Source: Escherichia phage D2
Sequence record: OM475427
Length of the DNA: 49,197 nt
Reading direction: 5' to 3' (one strand)
This document shows positions 49,054-49,197 of the stretch, piece after piece. The notes below the pieces were generated by a model, which worked only from the letters and a program-made list of their open reading frames with translations, made no database searches and was not told where the DNA came from. The number at the start of each line of letters is the position of its first letter. Within the stretch, counting starts at the first letter, position 1. The translations under genes were made by a program, and so were the position numbers.

Positions 49054-49197
49054 ATGGAAGTCAACAAAAAGCAGCTGGCTGACATTTTCGGTGCGAGTAT
49101 CCGTACCATTCAGAACTGGCAGGAACAGGGAATGCCCGTTCTGCGAGGCGGTGGCAAGGGTAATGAGGTGCTTTATGACTCTGCCGCCGTCATAAAA
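49054..49197 (+). CDS. nu1: Terminase small subunit Nu1 (lambda type), 3'-truncated by window end
   Basis: MEVNKKQLADIFGASIRTIQNWQEQGMPVLRGGGKGNEVLYDSAAVIK matches the lambda Nu1 N-terminus, about 190 bp downstream of cosN. Confidence 0.9.
   Translation, partial: MEVNKKQLADIFGASIRTIQNWQEQGMPVLRGGGKGNEVLYDSAAVIK

Noticed and set aside
48989-49195. 68-aa ORF in another frame at the window end
   Set aside because: Overlaps the cosB region and the true Nu1 start at 49054, which reads the lambda Nu1 N-terminus in a different frame; the ORF is an artefact.
1-49197. Interpretation of the window as a single circular phage genome
   Set aside because: Joining the window end to its start would duplicate ~13 Nu1 codons with an intervening stop (…AAVIK-TAG-…[11 protein letters not shown]…), and the two Nu1 segments are different alleles. 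Tandem prophages or a chimeric assembly fit better.
1-49197. CRISPR arrays, rRNA and tRNA genes
   Set aside because: No regularly spaced direct repeats with unique spacers and no rRNA-like conserved segments were seen. The only structured repeats are the ori-lambda iterons and the C/Nu3 coding repeats. A cloverleaf tRNA scan could not be done by eye, so absence of tRNAs is not proven.

Overview
The window is almost entirely lambdoid phage DNA laid out in vegetative (cos-to-cos) gene order, with cargo inserted at several points. Calls rest on my recall of lambda, DLP12, e14 and P21 protein sequences matched against the supplied ORF translations; no database search was run. Left part (1-20.8 kb, + strand): a near-lambda packaging, head and tail module (Nu1 C-terminal part, A, W, B, C/Nu3, D, E, FI, FII, Z, U, V, G, G-T, H, M, L, K, I, J, stf). 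An IS66-family element (20790-23307) abuts the stf stop, followed by the sitABCD Mn/Fe ABC transporter (- strand) with MntR and Fur boxes. A 3' fragment of icd sits next to an e14-type integrase/excisionase, then a lambda-like red region (exo, bet, gam, kil, cIII-like). The immunity region is non-lambda (cI-like repressor, YdaS/YdaT-type cro/cII, no recognisable N) and carries an AT-rich two-gene cassette (ASCH-domain protein plus a 357-aa unknown protein) in the position lambda uses for rexAB; this is my best candidate for an undescribed system. Further right are lambda O (frameshifted), P, ren, a DLP12-like nin region (ninB'-'emrE fusion, ybcK, ybcN, ninE, ybcO, rusA, ylcG, Q), an nmpC-type porin, a P21-type pinholin, a chimeric endolysin, Rz/Rz1, lambda cos and the first 48 codons of a lambda-type Nu1. 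The sequence contains many ambiguous bases (n), and several frameshifts coincide with them, so pseudogene calls are provisional. No rRNA, tRNA or CRISPR array was recognised, but no systematic tRNA scan was possible.
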